Assembly (NCBI GenBank): GCA_965222075.1
Contig: OZ244937.1
Coordinates: forward strand, 3,808,001 to 3,872,000
Direction: 5' to 3'
Origin: Candidatus Latescibacterota bacterium
GTDB taxonomy: Bacteria > Latescibacterota > UBA2968 > GCA-2709665
DNA: 64,000 bases
The notes beneath the pieces are model-generated. The model saw only the letters and a program-made list of their open reading frames with translations. It searched no databases and was not told where the DNA came from. Below, piece by piece: positions 47,480-57,847 of this stretch; the stretch's first letter is position 1; every line of letters begins with the position of its first letter. Position numbers and translations under genes: made by a program.

Positions 47480-48931
47480 ATGCGTCCGATCCTCATACTG
47501 AGCCTCGTCCTGCTCACCGCAGGCATCGGTCCAATCACCGCCACAGAGGCAGACCAGGCCGTTGCCCAGCTTCAGAGCCTCAACAAAGCGTTTACGAGCA
47601 TCGCCAAACAGGTGACCCCAACCGTTGTCACCATCAGCACCAAACAGGATGTGAAGCAGGCCCGCCGGTGGCGGCAGCGCTTCCCCGCTCACCCTTTTTT
47701 TGAAGACCCCCGGTTCCCGGAATTCCGGGAACGTGAAAGAGAACCGGAAGAACGGAAAGGCCTCGGCTCCGGCGTCATCATAACCCGGGACGGCTACATC
47801 CTCACCAACCACCACGTGGCGGGCAAAGCAAACGAGATTACCGTGATCCTCAGTGACAATCGAGAGTTTGAGGCTAAGCTGGTTGGCACCGACTCCCTCA
47901 CCGACGTGGCGGTAATCAAAATAGACGCAAAAGGCCTGCCGACCGCGAAAATCGGGAATTCCGACCAGCTTGAGATTGGGGAGTGGGTACTGGCCGTTGG
48001 TGCTCCCATGGACCTGCGCTCTACCGTCACTTCCGGCATCGTCAGCGCCCTGGGTCGGGATATCAATATCATGGGGCATTCCGGTTTCGAAGTGGAAGAC
48101 TTCATCCAGACCGATGCCGCCATCAACCCGGGCAACTCAGGGGGTGCGCTGGTCAACCTCAACGGCGAGGTCATCGGCATCAACACCGCCATCGCCACAC
48201 GAACCGGTAATTTCGTAGGCTACGGATTCGCCATCCCCATCAACCTTGCCAAAAAGGTCATGGACGACATCACCGCGCACGGCTATGTCCGGCGGGGCTT
48301 CCTGGGTGTGGCCCTGGGTAATGTTACAGCCGGCATCGCCGACGCCTTTGGCCTTGATCGGCCCCGGGGGGTTCTCATTACGACCGTCTATCCCGAATTC
48401 CCCGCCGACATCGCCGGTTTGATGGCCGAGGACATTGTCCTAAAAATCGATGGACAGGAGGTCAACCGGCCAAACCACGTCCAGAGCCTGATTGCCAGAC
48501 AACATCCCAACGACACCGTCTCCCTGGAAATAAGGCGCAAAGACAAAACCCTTACCCTGAAGGCCAGGCTGGGTGAAAAGCCCAACGACTTCCGTATAGT
48601 TCAGGCCCCCCATCGCAAACCCGGAGAAACCGAACAGCTCGGCCTCACAGTCCGGAATATCACCCCGGAAATCGCCGAAAGCATCGGCATCGATGAGAAT
48701 GTGAAGGGCATCATCGTCACCGATGTCGGCCGTGGACCGGCCCGCGATGCGGGCTTCCGGCCGGGCTACATTATTCTCAAGGTCCGCCAGGGGGATATAG
48801 ATCAGGACATTCGATCCGTTAAAGACCTCAAAACCGCCCTTGAAAGACTCAAAAAGGGTCGCAACGCCGCCTTCTCCGTCAGGTGGGGCGACAGACGCAT
48901 ATTCCTGACCCTGCAAATCCCTGAAGAATGA
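47480..48931 (+). CDS. htrA: DegP/DegQ (HtrA) serine protease with two PDZ domains
   Basis: GLGSGVII, TNHHV, TDVAVIK, IQTDAAINPGNSGGAL. Confidence 0.92.
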   Translation: MRPILILSLVLLTAGIGPITATEADQAVAQLQSLNKAFTSIAKQVTPTVVTISTKQDVKQARRWRQRFPAHPFFEDPRFPEFREREREPEERKGLGSGVIITRDGYILTNHHVAGKANEITVILSDNREFEAKLVGTDSLTDVAVIKIDAKGLPTAKIGNSDQLEIGEWVLAVGAPMDLRSTVTSGIVSALGRDINIMGHSGFEVEDFIQTDAAINPGNSGGALVNLNGEVIGINTAIATRTGNFVGYGFAIPINLAKKVMDDITAHGYVRRGFLGVALGNVTAGIADAFGLDRPRGVLITTVYPEFPADIAGLMAEDIVLKIDGQEVNRPNHVQSLIARQHPNDTVSLEIRRKDKTLTLKARLGEKPNDFRIVQAPHRKPGETEQLGLTVRNITPEIAESIGIDENVKGIIVTDVGRGPARDAGFRPGYIILKVRQGDIDQDIRSVKDLKTALERLKKGRNAAFSVRWGDRRIFLTLQIPEE

Positions 48932-48986
48932 ATTGCGGGTTTGGTCCCTCACCTGAGAACGAGGGCCTCCCGAACTCGAATCGGCC

Positions 48987-50123
48987 ATGTCCAATACAGA
49001 CGCCACCCACGCCCGCCTCATCATCGCCGCCAGCGAGGTCGATGCAGACCTTTACTACGCGACACAATTCCTGGCCCCCGACGCCTTCGTCTTCCTCCGG
49101 ACAAAGGCCGAAAAAATCCTGCTCGTGTCCGACCTGGAACTGGACCGGGCGCGTGGGCACGCGCAGGTCGACACGGTCCTCTCCCTCTCCCGGTACCAGC
49201 ACAGGGCACGCCGGAACGGGATCGAAAGCCCAACCCCCCTGGACGCCCTCCACCAACTCCTCCAGGAGCGGGGAATCAAAACCCTGCTTGTCCCCCGGAC
49301 CTTCCCCATAGAAGCCGCCGACCACCTTCGAAACGCCGGCTATCGGATCAGCTTCCCTTCGGGCTCCTTCTTTCCCCGGCGGGAATGCAAAACGCCCGAT
49401 GAAATCGACCACATCCGTCAGGTCCAGCGCCATACCGAAGCCGCCATGCACACCGCCATCGCCGCCGTGCGCGAGGCCGAGGTACAGGACGGCGTCCTCT
49501 ACCTCAACGGCGCCCCCCTCACCGCCGATGTGGTCAAACGCCTCATCGCCCTGTCCTTAATGGAAAAAGGGTGCACGGCCCGCCACACCATCGTGGCCTG
49601 CGGAGACCAGGCCTGCGATCCCCACAACCAGGGCTCGGGTCCCCTCCGTGCCGGGCAGATGATCGTCATCGACATCTTTCCCCGCTCCGATCACACCGGC
49701 TACTTCGCCGACATAACCCGCACCATCGTCAAAGGGCCGGCCACCGACGATCAGCGCCGGCTCTACGAAGCCGTCCTGGAAGGCCAGACGCTCGCTCTTG
49801 GACGCATTCGAGGCGGCGAAAACGGAAAAGAGATCCATCACAGCGTGGCGGATCTCTTCGAAAACAAGGGCTATTCAACCGGAGAAATCAACGGCCGCAT
49901 GCAGGGCTTCTTCCACGGCACCGGCCACGGCGTCGGCCTGGAAATCCACGAACCCCCCCGAATCAGCAAAGCCGACATCCCCCTCCGGCCCGGCCACGTC
50001 GTCACCGTCGAACCCGGCCTCTACTATCCCGGCCGGGGCGCCGTCCGCATCGAAGACCTCGTCGTCGTCACCCGGCACGGCTGCGACAACCTCACCTCCT
50101 ATCCCAAGGAACTTGAGGTCTGA
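48987..50123 (+). CDS. Xaa-Pro peptidase (M24B family)
   Basis: DPH, IDIFP..GYFADITRT, HGTGHGVGLEIHE, TVEPGLY, VRIED. Confidence 0.9.
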   Translation: MSNTDATHARLIIAASEVDADLYYATQFLAPDAFVFLRTKAEKILLVSDLELDRARGHAQVDTVLSLSRYQHRARRNGIESPTPLDALHQLLQERGIKTLLVPRTFPIEAADHLRNAGYRISFPSGSFFPRRECKTPDEIDHIRQVQRHTEAAMHTAIAAVREAEVQDGVLYLNGAPLTADVVKRLIALSLMEKGCTARHTIVACGDQACDPHNQGSGPLRAGQMIVIDIFPRSDHTGYFADITRTIVKGPATDDQRRLYEAVLEGQTLALGRIRGGENGKEIHHSVADLFENKGYSTGEINGRMQGFFHGTGHGVGLEIHEPPRISKADIPLRPGHVVTVEPGLYYPGRGAVRIEDLVVVTRHGCDNLTSYPKELEV

Positions 50124-50169
50124 ACCCCGGCGCCGGATCGTCTCCCCTCCCTGGAATAAGAAGCTGTCC

Positions 50170-51087
50170 CTATGCTCTTGGATGAAACGTCCGGTGCACC
50201 TCCTTCAAATACTCCCGGTCTACGTGTGTGTAAATCTGCGTCGTCGAAATATCTACATGTCCCAGCATTTCCTGCACCGCTCGCAGGTCCGCGCCCCCTT
50301 CCAGCAGGTGGGTCGCAAACGAATGCCTGAGGGTATGGGGGCTCACCCTCTTTTCAATCCCCGCCTTCCGCACATACTGCCGCAGCAGCTTCCAGACGCC
50401 CATGCGGGACAGCCTTCCGCCGCGCCAGTTCAAAAAAACCGCATCCCCCGATCCCGGCCGGGTCAGTTCGGGTCGCACCTGCTCCAGATAGCGGGTCACC
50501 CACACCTCCGACTCGGACCCGATCGGCACCACCCGCTCACGGCTTCCCTTCCCAACCACCCGGACCACCTCCAGGCCGAACAGCAGATGGGACCGTTCCA
50601 GCCCGATCAGTTCCGACACACGCAGCCCTGCCCCGTAGAGCACCTCTAAAAGCGCCCGGTCCCGCAACCCCAGAGGCGTCTCCCAATCCGGCTCCACCAT
50701 CAGGCGCTCCACCTCAAAAATATTCAGCACCATCGGCAGCTTCCGCACCGGCTTGGGCGGATTCAGATGCTCGGTCGGATCCCGCTTTGCCAGCCCCTCC
50801 GCCTTCAAAAACCGGTGGTACATCCGCACCGCCGTCAGATTGCGGGCCACGCTCGACGCCTCCAGTCCCAGATCCCCCAAAAGGCGCAACAGCGCCAAAA
50901 CGTCCTCCTGAGAGGCGTCCCCCACCCCCAAAGCGCCCTGCGCCGTCAGCAGCATCAGGTACCGGTCCAGATCCCGCCTGTAGGCCTCCACCGTATTCTC
51001 CGCCAGCCCCCGCTCCAGCCTCACAAAATCCAGAAACCGGCGCAACGTCTCGTGCAGTTCGGGCGCAATCCTCCCGTTATTCCGCAA
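50170..51087 (-). CDS. xerD: Tyrosine recombinase XerD
   Basis: ERGLAENTVEAYRRDL, RDRALLEVLYGAGLRVSEL, SPHTLRHSFATHLLEGGADLRAVQEMLGH, TTQIYTHV..HPRA; probable TTG start at 51087 after GGAGGG. Confidence 0.92.
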   Translation of the reverse strand: MRNNGRIAPELHETLRRFLDFVRLERGLAENTVEAYRRDLDRYLMLLTAQGALGVGDASQEDVLALLRLLGDLGLEASSVARNLTAVRMYHRFLKAEGLAKRDPTEHLNPPKPVRKLPMVLNIFEVERLMVEPDWETPLGLRDRALLEVLYGAGLRVSELIGLERSHLLFGLEVVRVVGKGSRERVVPIGSESEVWVTRYLEQVRPELTRPGSGDAVFLNWRGGRLSRMGVWKLLRQYVRKAGIEKRVSPHTLRHSFATHLLEGGADLRAVQEMLGHVDISTTQIYTHVDREYLKEVHRTFHPRA

Positions 51088-51577
51088 TCCGCATTCCCTC
51101 CAACGCCAACAACGCCGCCTTCCAGGCCTTCCCGTATGCAAACCCCGTCAACGCCCCACCCGCCCCCACCACCCGGTGGCAGGGCACCACCATGGGGAAG
51201 GGGTTCTTCCCCAGCGCCGCCCCCACCGCCCGTGCCGCCCTCGGCCGGCCGACCGCCTCTGCAACCCACCCATAACGCCGGGTCTGCCCGTAGGGAATCT
51301 CCCGCGCCGCCCGCCAGACCGCCCGCTGAAAAGGCGTCGCCTCCGGCAGCGGCAGACCCTCCCCCGGCGTGATCAACCTGCCGGAAAAATAACCCATCAA
51401 TTCCCCCACCAACGCCTCACCCATCCCATCCGGCGGCCGTCCCTCAGCCACGTACGGCCGACCGATCCTCCCCGCATCCCGCTCCAGACGCCCCAACCGG
51501 ATGCCTTCCAACCTCCCCCCGGACCACCTCAGACTCACCCGCCCCAACCCCGTCTGCAGCACCACCGTATACCTCAT
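51077..51577 (-). CDS. ogt: Methylated-DNA-protein-cysteine methyltransferase
   Basis: TPFQRAVW, IPYGQTR.YG, ARAVG, PCHRVV. Confidence 0.9.
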   Translation of the reverse strand: MRYTVVLQTGLGRVSLRWSGGRLEGIRLGRLERDAGRIGRPYVAEGRPPDGMGEALVGELMGYFSGRLITPGEGLPLPEATPFQRAVWRAAREIPYGQTRRYGWVAEAVGRPRAARAVGAALGKNPFPMVVPCHRVVGAGGALTGFAYGKAWKAALLALEGMRIAE

Positions 51578-51830
51578 CACACCCCCCTTGAAAAGGGGCT
51601 TATATATTTAGAAGCAACTGACCCTGACGCTTCGCTTCAGGGTTATGAATGAGAGAAACTTGCTTTCAGACGGTTTTATAGCGCAAATAAGCACCATATA
51701 TATTGTGCCAAATTCATTATGTGACACAATATGTGCTAAATTACTCAGGAGAAAAGAAAACGAAGCAGGCAGGAAGTCAAGAAGACGGGTCCCAAGCTAC
51801 CACAGCAAGACGGGACCCTTTGAGTTGATC

Positions 51831-52211
51831 TCAGGGCATTTCAAAAAACTTTATTACCTTGGGATCAGCATAAGGCGAGTCTAAAAGCCCCTGTTGAACG
51901 CGTTGAAGCACGGCAGGTTTTAGGCGTTCTATGCCTACTCGATCACCGTTACGAAAAGCAACCTCGGCGTTACTATGCGCCAATATCCCTGCGTTGTAGT
52001 AATTAACCACGGACTCGTGTTTTATAAAAGAGTGATCGCCAGGATTCAGGATTGTCGTGGTATCACTGTTATCACGTAGTGATGTAACATTGACGAGAAT
52101 AAGTTCATACTTATCACCTTTGGGATCACACAATACAATATAGAGATGCCTTCTCTCCCCGTCGTAATGGCCGTCGTGAAGAATCGCAGTGTCCCCCGCG
52201 GATAACGGCAT
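51831..52211 (-). CDS. Putative toxin with PemK/MazF-like fold
   Basis: GD..L..RRHLYIVL..P, LVNVTS, L.PGDH.FIKH.S.V.Y; directly downstream of the Panacea gene; low GC. Confidence 0.55.
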   Translation of the reverse strand: MPLSAGDTAILHDGHYDGERRHLYIVLCDPKGDKYELILVNVTSLRDNSDTTTILNPGDHSFIKHESVVNYYNAGILAHSNAEVAFRNGDRVGIERLKPAVLQRVQQGLLDSPYADPKVIKFFEMP

Positions 52212-52216
52212 ACCAA

Positions 52217-52771
52217 CTACCTACAAAGCTGTTCAGCAAAGGCCTGCACACTTAGATCCTCACAAATACCGTCAAATTCCTCTTGGTTTTTCAAAACCGC
52301 CTGGAGTATGCTTTCGATGGAGATCGGCAGAGAACCCCCATCGGGATCTTGGTACTCTGGGAAATTGTGAGTGATGCTCTGGAGTTCTTTAAAACTTAAA
52401 CGACCGTAATCCTCAAAAACTTCCTCTGCAAGGTCTCTCTCTGCCCTTGAGAGATTTCCCAAATCAGGATCATTTTTGACCAAACACACACAATGCTCTT
52501 CTTCACACCCGGAAAAATGCTCGTCCCAAAGCGGATTATGTGTTTCGCCTTTGATCAGGTCATAGGTCTGACTTACAACAGGACCGTAAGGTAGCGACAC
52601 ATAGTCGTCGAACGTGACAGCACGTCCCCAACGCTTAAATCCTTCTCTGTCAAGGATATAAAGCAACTTGATCAGGATATATTTATCAATCCTGCCCTTT
52701 GCCATCTGGAGAAAATAAGCAACCATCTGGCAGGTTTTCTCGAATTTGAATTTGGGTCTCTGTAATATCAT
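52217..52771 (-). CDS. Panacea-domain (DUF4065/SocA-like) antitoxin
   Basis: LIKLLYILDRE, VTFDDYVSLPYGPVVS, LS..E, EL...TH.FPEY. Confidence 0.8.
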   Translation of the reverse strand: MILQRPKFKFEKTCQMVAYFLQMAKGRIDKYILIKLLYILDREGFKRWGRAVTFDDYVSLPYGPVVSQTYDLIKGETHNPLWDEHFSGCEEEHCVCLVKNDPDLGNLSRAERDLAEEVFEDYGRLSFKELQSITHNFPEYQDPDGGSLPISIESILQAVLKNQEEFDGICEDLSVQAFAEQLCR

Positions 52772-52916
52772 CGCAAATCTCCTTTTTTAGTCCATTCCGT
52801 TGATCAAACTCCGTAGGTTGGCCGCAAGTTTGTCAACGCCGAACCAGTTCACATCGTTTTCCGGCCAATCCAAATCATTGAGAAGCGATGTGCGGGCTTT
52901 TTCCCCTGTACTTCTG

Positions 52917-54791
52917 TTACTCAAGCACTGGACTACCCTCTTTCAACGCTTCCAGGATCTGCCCCGCCAGCTTCGGCCCGATCCCCCCCACCGCCGCGAC
53001 CTCCTCTACCCCGGCTTCCCGGATCCGAGCCACCGACCCGAAGTGGAGCAGCAACGCCTTCCGCCGCGCCGGCCCCACCCCACCCACTGCATCCAGCTCC
53101 GACCTCAGCGTCCGCTTGCTGCGCAGCTTCCGGTGATAGGCCACCGCAAACCGGTGCGACTCGTCCCGAACCGCCTGCAACAACCGAATGGACGACGACG
53201 TCTTCGGAATATTCTGTGCGTCCGAACACCCCGGCAGGAACACCTCCTCCAGGCGTTTGGCCAGCCCGACCACCGGCTGTTCTTTGATCCCCAACCCCCC
53301 CAGCGCCGCCACCGCACTGGAAAGCTGCCCCTTCCCCCCGTCAATCAGCAGCAGGTCGGGAAAAGCCCGGCCCTCCTCCATCAACCGCTTGAACCGCCGG
53401 GTGACGGCCTGCTGCATCATCGCAAAATCGTTCGGCCCCTCAACCCCGGTGATCTTGAAGCGCCGGTACTCCGACTTCCGGGGGCGGCCATCCACGAAAC
53501 AGACCAGCGACGCGGCCGCATCGGTCCCCTGAATATTGGAAATATCCATCGCCTCAATCCGCCGGGGCGGGCGCTCTAAGCGCAGGTCCCGCTGCAGCGC
53601 CGCAATCGCCGCCGGCACCTGCGCCTTTCGGTTCTCCCGCTTCAGCCGCCGCTCGCACAACAGCAGGGCGGCGTTGTTCCGTGCCATCTTCAACAGGCGC
53701 GCCTTATCGCCCCGCTGGGGCATCCGGATCTCCACAAGCCCCTCCGACCGTTCCCGCAGCCAGTCTAAGACCGTCTCCCGGTCCTGGATGTCGCAGGGCA
53801 GACAGATCTCCTTTGGCACAAACGACGCATTCAGATAAAACAACTGCACAAACCTCGAAACCACTTCCTCCACCGGCGCATCCAGTACCCCGCCCATAAA
53901 ATAGTGCTGCCGGCCGATCAGCCGCCCCTCGCGCACCTCCATCACCACCCCGCATGCCTCGTCGTCCTCCCGGGCCAGAGCGATCGTATCCCAATCCGTC
54001 TGCTCCATCGAAACCACCTTCTGGCGGCTCACCGTCTGCTCCAGCGCCTGCAGCCGGTCCCGGTAAACCGCCGCCGCCTCAAATTTCAGCGCCTCCGCCG
54101 CCTGCCGCATCCGGTCCTTCAACGCAACCACCACCTGCGTGTGCCGTCCGGTCAGAAACAGCATCGCCTCATCCACGATCACCCTGTAGTCTTCCTCCGA
54201 AATCAACCCCTCACAGGGACCGTCACACCGCTTGATCTCGTAATCCAGACAAACCCGCACATTGTCGCAGGGCAGAGCATAGTCGCAGCTTCGGATCCGG
54301 AACAGCCGGTGCATCGTATCCACCGTCCGGCGCATCGCCTTCACATCCGTATAAGGCCCCAGGTAGCGCGACCCGTCCTTCACCACGTCCCGCGTGACGA
54401 TAATCCGGGGAAACGGCTCATTTGTAATCCTGATAAACGGATACTTCTTGTCGTCCTTCAGGCTGATATTGTATCTCGGCTTGTGGGTCTTAATCAGGTT
54501 CGCCTCTAAAATCAGCGCCTCCAACTCCGTATCGGCCACGATATATTCCACATCCCGAACGCTTCTCACAAGCGCCCGGAACTGCCGCCTCCCGTCGTGC
54601 GCATGGGGGCGGAAATAGGACTGTACCCGGCCCCGCAGGGACTTGGCCTTGCCAATATAGACGATCTGCCCGTCCGCATTCTTCATCAGGTACACCCCGG
54701 GCTCTTTGGGCAGGTGGTCCAGCGCCTCCTTAAGCTGCTCGCCGGCCTCCCGCGGACCTGCCCGCGCCCGGTCTGCCAATAGAGAATCCAC
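52917..54791 (-). CDS. uvrC: Excinuclease ABC subunit C
   Basis: PGVYLMK..YIGKAKSLR.RV.SYF, KPRYNI.LKDDKKYP, DISN, LIDGGKGQL, RDESHRFA, HhH motifs. Confidence 0.95.
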   Translation of the reverse strand: MDSLLADRARAGPREAGEQLKEALDHLPKEPGVYLMKNADGQIVYIGKAKSLRGRVQSYFRPHAHDGRRQFRALVRSVRDVEYIVADTELEALILEANLIKTHKPRYNISLKDDKKYPFIRITNEPFPRIIVTRDVVKDGSRYLGPYTDVKAMRRTVDTMHRLFRIRSCDYALPCDNVRVCLDYEIKRCDGPCEGLISEEDYRVIVDEAMLFLTGRHTQVVVALKDRMRQAAEALKFEAAAVYRDRLQALEQTVSRQKVVSMEQTDWDTIALAREDDEACGVVMEVREGRLIGRQHYFMGGVLDAPVEEVVSRFVQLFYLNASFVPKEICLPCDIQDRETVLDWLRERSEGLVEIRMPQRGDKARLLKMARNNAALLLCERRLKRENRKAQVPAAIAALQRDLRLERPPRRIEAMDISNIQGTDAAASLVCFVDGRPRKSEYRRFKITGVEGPNDFAMMQQAVTRRFKRLMEEGRAFPDLLLIDGGKGQLSSAVAALGGLGIKEQPVVGLAKRLEEVFLPGCSDAQNIPKTSSSIRLLQAVRDESHRFAVAYHRKLRSKRTLRSELDAVGGVGPARRKALLLHFGSVARIREAGVEEVAAVGGIGPKLAGQILEALKEGSPVLE

Positions 54792-54806
54792 CGTCCATTC
54801 CCCTTC

Positions 54807-55301
54807 TCACAGGTCCACAACCTCAACCGCCATCGTCGTCAGATCCAGCACCCCCACCGTCGCCCGGCCGGTCACCCAGCCTCCGGCCTCTCCGGGGTTG
54901 ACCACCAGCGTCTTCCCGGGCCGAATGTCGATCTCGTGCGTGTGCCCGTAGACAATCGCATCGTATGCCCCGCTCGCGGCCAGGGCATCCACCTCGTCCG
55001 GTTCGTGCAGCATCAGCACCCGTTTCCCCCCGTATTCAAACGCATGGGGCGCCCGATGAATCGGTCCGATGGGCTCAAACTGCGCCCGCAGCCCGAACCG
55101 CTCTCCGTCGTTATTTCCGAACACCCCGATCATGGGCGCCTCTAAGGCCGCCATCCAGCGCGCGTTAAACGGCGCAATATAGTCCCCCCCGTGCAGGACC
55201 AGCCCCACCTGCCGGGCGTTGAACAGAGCCACCGCCACCTCCACCGAATCCCTGTTGTCATGCGTATCGGTAATCAGCCCGATCAGATGCGCTTTTCCCA
55301 T
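54807..55301 (-). CDS. YfcE/MJ0936-family metallophosphoesterase
   Basis: TDTHDN, HGGD, GNND, YGHTH, VNPGE. Confidence 0.88.
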   Translation of the reverse strand: MGKAHLIGLITDTHDNRDSVEVAVALFNARQVGLVLHGGDYIAPFNARWMAALEAPMIGVFGNNDGERFGLRAQFEPIGPIHRAPHAFEYGGKRVLMLHEPDEVDALAASGAYDAIVYGHTHEIDIRPGKTLVVNPGEAGGWVTGRATVGVLDLTTMAVEVVDL

Positions 55302-55426
55302 GGCCGTCCCCCTTTGCGTAGATCTTTCCCCGTCGGTCTTTCAAACCAGCCCCGACGCAAAATTCGGCGCCTGTATCCTGACTTACCATAAGGAATAAAC
55401 AGGAACCTTGCGCTACAACCTTCAAA

Positions 55427-55455
55427 AACTTAACCGCCTCCCTCTGCTTTGTCAA
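55427..55455 (-). promoter_or_regulatory. Sigma70-type promoter for phosphoesterase-uvrC
   Basis: Minus strand TTGACA-17 nt-TAAGTT. Confidence 0.55.
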
Positions 55456-55596
55456 CCGAAACCCTTTCTCCGGGAAAAAAGAGTATCCATAAAAAGGCAA
55501 AAAGCGTATCTTTACAACGTTACACGGTGTTTCTGCGATTTTATCTATGTACGCCATGTGTGGTTGCTGATCACAAAAAACCAGGAGATCCCTGTT

Positions 55597-56475
55597 TTGT
55601 CCCGCTTAAAAATCGGCCTCCCTTCCGGAAGCCTTCAGGAATCCACCCTCGACCTCTTTGCCAAAGCCGGCTACCGTATCCGGACAAACGCCCGTTCGTA
55701 TACCCCCTCCATCGACGATACCGAACTGGAGGGGCTCTTCCTGCGGGCGCAGGAGATCGCCCACTACGTGGAACGAGGGGTGCTTGATGTGGGCCTCACC
55801 GGCATAGACTGGATTCTCGAAAACGACGCGGATGTCGTTGAAATCTGCGAACTTCGATACAGCAAAACTACAACCCGGCCTGCCCACTGGGTGATTGCCG
55901 TACCGGAGGATTCTCTCATTCGGTCCGTACAGGACCTCCAGGGCAAGCGCATTGCCACAGAACTGGTCAACACCACCCGAAAATACCTCCGGGAGAGGGG
56001 GGTGGAGGCCGAAGTCGAATACTCCTGGGGCTCCACCGAGGCCAAGGTCCGCGTCCCCGGCCTGGTAGACGCCATTGCCGAGATTACGGAGACCGGCTCC
56101 TCCCTGCGTGCGAACAAACTTCGTATCGTGGAGACGATATCCGAGACAACCACCCGGTTCATCGCCAACAAACAGGCCTGGAACAACCCCTGGAAGCGGG
56201 AGAAGGCCCAGAACATCGCCACCCTCCTCGTCGGCGCCTTCCAGGCCGAAGACAAGGTCGGCATCAAAATGAACGTGCCCAGAAACAACCTGAATGCCGT
56301 CGTCGAACACCTCCCCGCGCTCAACAACCCGACCATCTCCAACCTCCTCGACGGGGATTGGGTCGCCATCGAGGTCGTCGTGGACGAAAAGGTCGTGCGC
56401 GATATCATCCCCCATCTCAAAAAAGCAGGCGCCGAAGGCATCATCGAATATCCCTTGAACAAGGTGATCTACTGA
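55597..56475 (+). CDS. hisG: ATP phosphoribosyltransferase, long form
   Basis: [41 protein letters not shown]-terminal regulatory domain; TTG start after AGGAG. Confidence 0.93.
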   Translation: MSRLKIGLPSGSLQESTLDLFAKAGYRIRTNARSYTPSIDDTELEGLFLRAQEIAHYVERGVLDVGLTGIDWILENDADVVEICELRYSKTTTRPAHWVIAVPEDSLIRSVQDLQGKRIATELVNTTRKYLRERGVEAEVEYSWGSTEAKVRVPGLVDAIAEITETGSSLRANKLRIVETISETTTRFIANKQAWNNPWKREKAQNIATLLVGAFQAEDKVGIKMNVPRNNLNAVVEHLPALNNPTISNLLDGDWVAIEVVVDEKVVRDIIPHLKKAGAEGIIEYPLNKVIY

Positions 56476-56523
56476 CCGTCTCCCGAAGCGCCTGCTGCGG
56501 GAATTCAGATCGGAACAGAACGA

Positions 56524-57819
56524 ATGATCCAGATGATCTTCTATGGTTCGGACACCGAATCCAAAAAACTCAACGCCATCCTCTCACGCAGCACCGACTT
56601 CACGCCCGAGCTTGAGGCCGCCGTTCGGGAGATCGTCACCCATGTGCGGGACCGGGGCGACGAAGCCCTCCTGGAATATACCCGCACATTCGACCGGGCC
56701 GACCTCACCGTCGACGATCTCCGGGTGCCCGAAGCCCACATCGAATCGGCCTACCGCAGCGCCGATCCGAACCTGATCGAAGCCCTCCAGGCCGCAGCGG
56801 CCAACATCCGCCGCTTCCACGAGACCCAGCAGCAGACCTCCTGGTTCATCGAAGACGGCGACGGCGTCGTCCTGGGCAAGCGCGTCCTCCCCATCGAACG
56901 CGCCGCCCTCCTGATTCCAGGCGCCAGCGCGCCCCTCTTCTCCACCCTTCTCATGGCCGTCATTCCCGCTCAGATCGCCGGTGTGCCCAACCTCTGCATA
57001 GCCACCCCCCCCCGACCCGATGGCTCCGTGCATCCCACCGTCCTGGCCGCGGCCCACACCGTGGGGGTAAGCGAAATCTACCGGGTCTTCGGCGCCCAGG
57101 CCGTCGCCGCCTTCGCCTTTGGCACAACAAGCCTGCCCCGGGTCGATAAACTCGTTGGCCCCGGACACCCTTCGGTCCAGATCGCCAAGAAAATGGTCTT
57201 TGGCAGCGTTGACATCGACATGATCGCCGGCCCCAGCGAAATCGTGGTCTTGGCCGATGAAACCGCCGACCCCCGCCACGTGGCCGCCGACCTCCTCTCC
57301 CAGGCCGAACACGGCAGCGGCTTCGAGGCCGCCGTCTGCATCACCCCCTCGGCCGACCTCGCAGAGAGGGTCGCGGCCGAAATCCAACGTCAGACCGTCA
57401 ACCTGACCCACCAGGAGGCAATTCAAAAGGCCCTGGACAACTTTGGAGCGGTGGTGGTGGTCAAAGACCTTGCCGAGGGCATTGCCCTGGCCAACCGGAT
57501 TGCTCCGGAACACATCGAACTCATCGTGGCCGATCCCTGGGCATGCCTCCACGCGGTCAAAAACGCCGGGGCGGTCTTCCTGGGGTCGGCCTCACCCGAA
57601 CCGGTCGGCGATTACTACGCCGGCACAAACCACATCTTGCCCACGGCCGGCGCGGCCCGGTTTGCCTCTTCTGTGGGCGTCGAAACCTTTCTCAAAACCG
57701 TCAGCATCGTGTCCTACACCAACCGCCGCCTTCGACACACCGCCGGACACATCATCCGCCTGGCCGAAGCCGAAGGTCTCGATGCCCACGCCAACGCCAT
57801 CCGGGTGCGACAGCAGTAG
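56524..57819 (+). CDS. hisD: Histidinol dehydrogenase
   Basis: VGPG, IDMIAGPSE, DLLSQAEH, APEHIEL, GDYYAGTNHILPT, EGLDAHA. Confidence 0.95.
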   Translation: MIQMIFYGSDTESKKLNAILSRSTDFTPELEAAVREIVTHVRDRGDEALLEYTRTFDRADLTVDDLRVPEAHIESAYRSADPNLIEALQAAAANIRRFHETQQQTSWFIEDGDGVVLGKRVLPIERAALLIPGASAPLFSTLLMAVIPAQIAGVPNLCIATPPRPDGSVHPTVLAAAHTVGVSEIYRVFGAQAVAAFAFGTTSLPRVDKLVGPGHPSVQIAKKMVFGSVDIDMIAGPSEIVVLADETADPRHVAADLLSQAEHGSGFEAAVCITPSADLAERVAAEIQRQTVNLTHQEAIQKALDNFGAVVVVKDLAEGIALANRIAPEHIELIVADPWACLHAVKNAGAVFLGSASPEPVGDYYAGTNHILPTAGAARFASSVGVETFLKTVSIVSYTNRRLRHTAGHIIRLAEAEGLDAHANAIRVRQQ

Positions 57820-57847
57820 CCAACTCCATTATCGCGAGAACGCCCCC

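Noticed and set aside
50170-51087. Prophage or island integrase
   Set aside because: Canonical chromosomal XerD motifs, housekeeping context and no phage genes; no duplicated tRNA-Gln 3' end noticed.
52840-52852. LexA box upstream of the Panacea TA pair (GAACCAGTTC)
   Set aside because: Spacing is GAAC-N2-GTTC rather than N4, and no matching box was seen before uvrC.
55470-55596. His attenuator leader peptide before hisG
   Set aside because: No His-codon run or terminator/antiterminator pair is visible.
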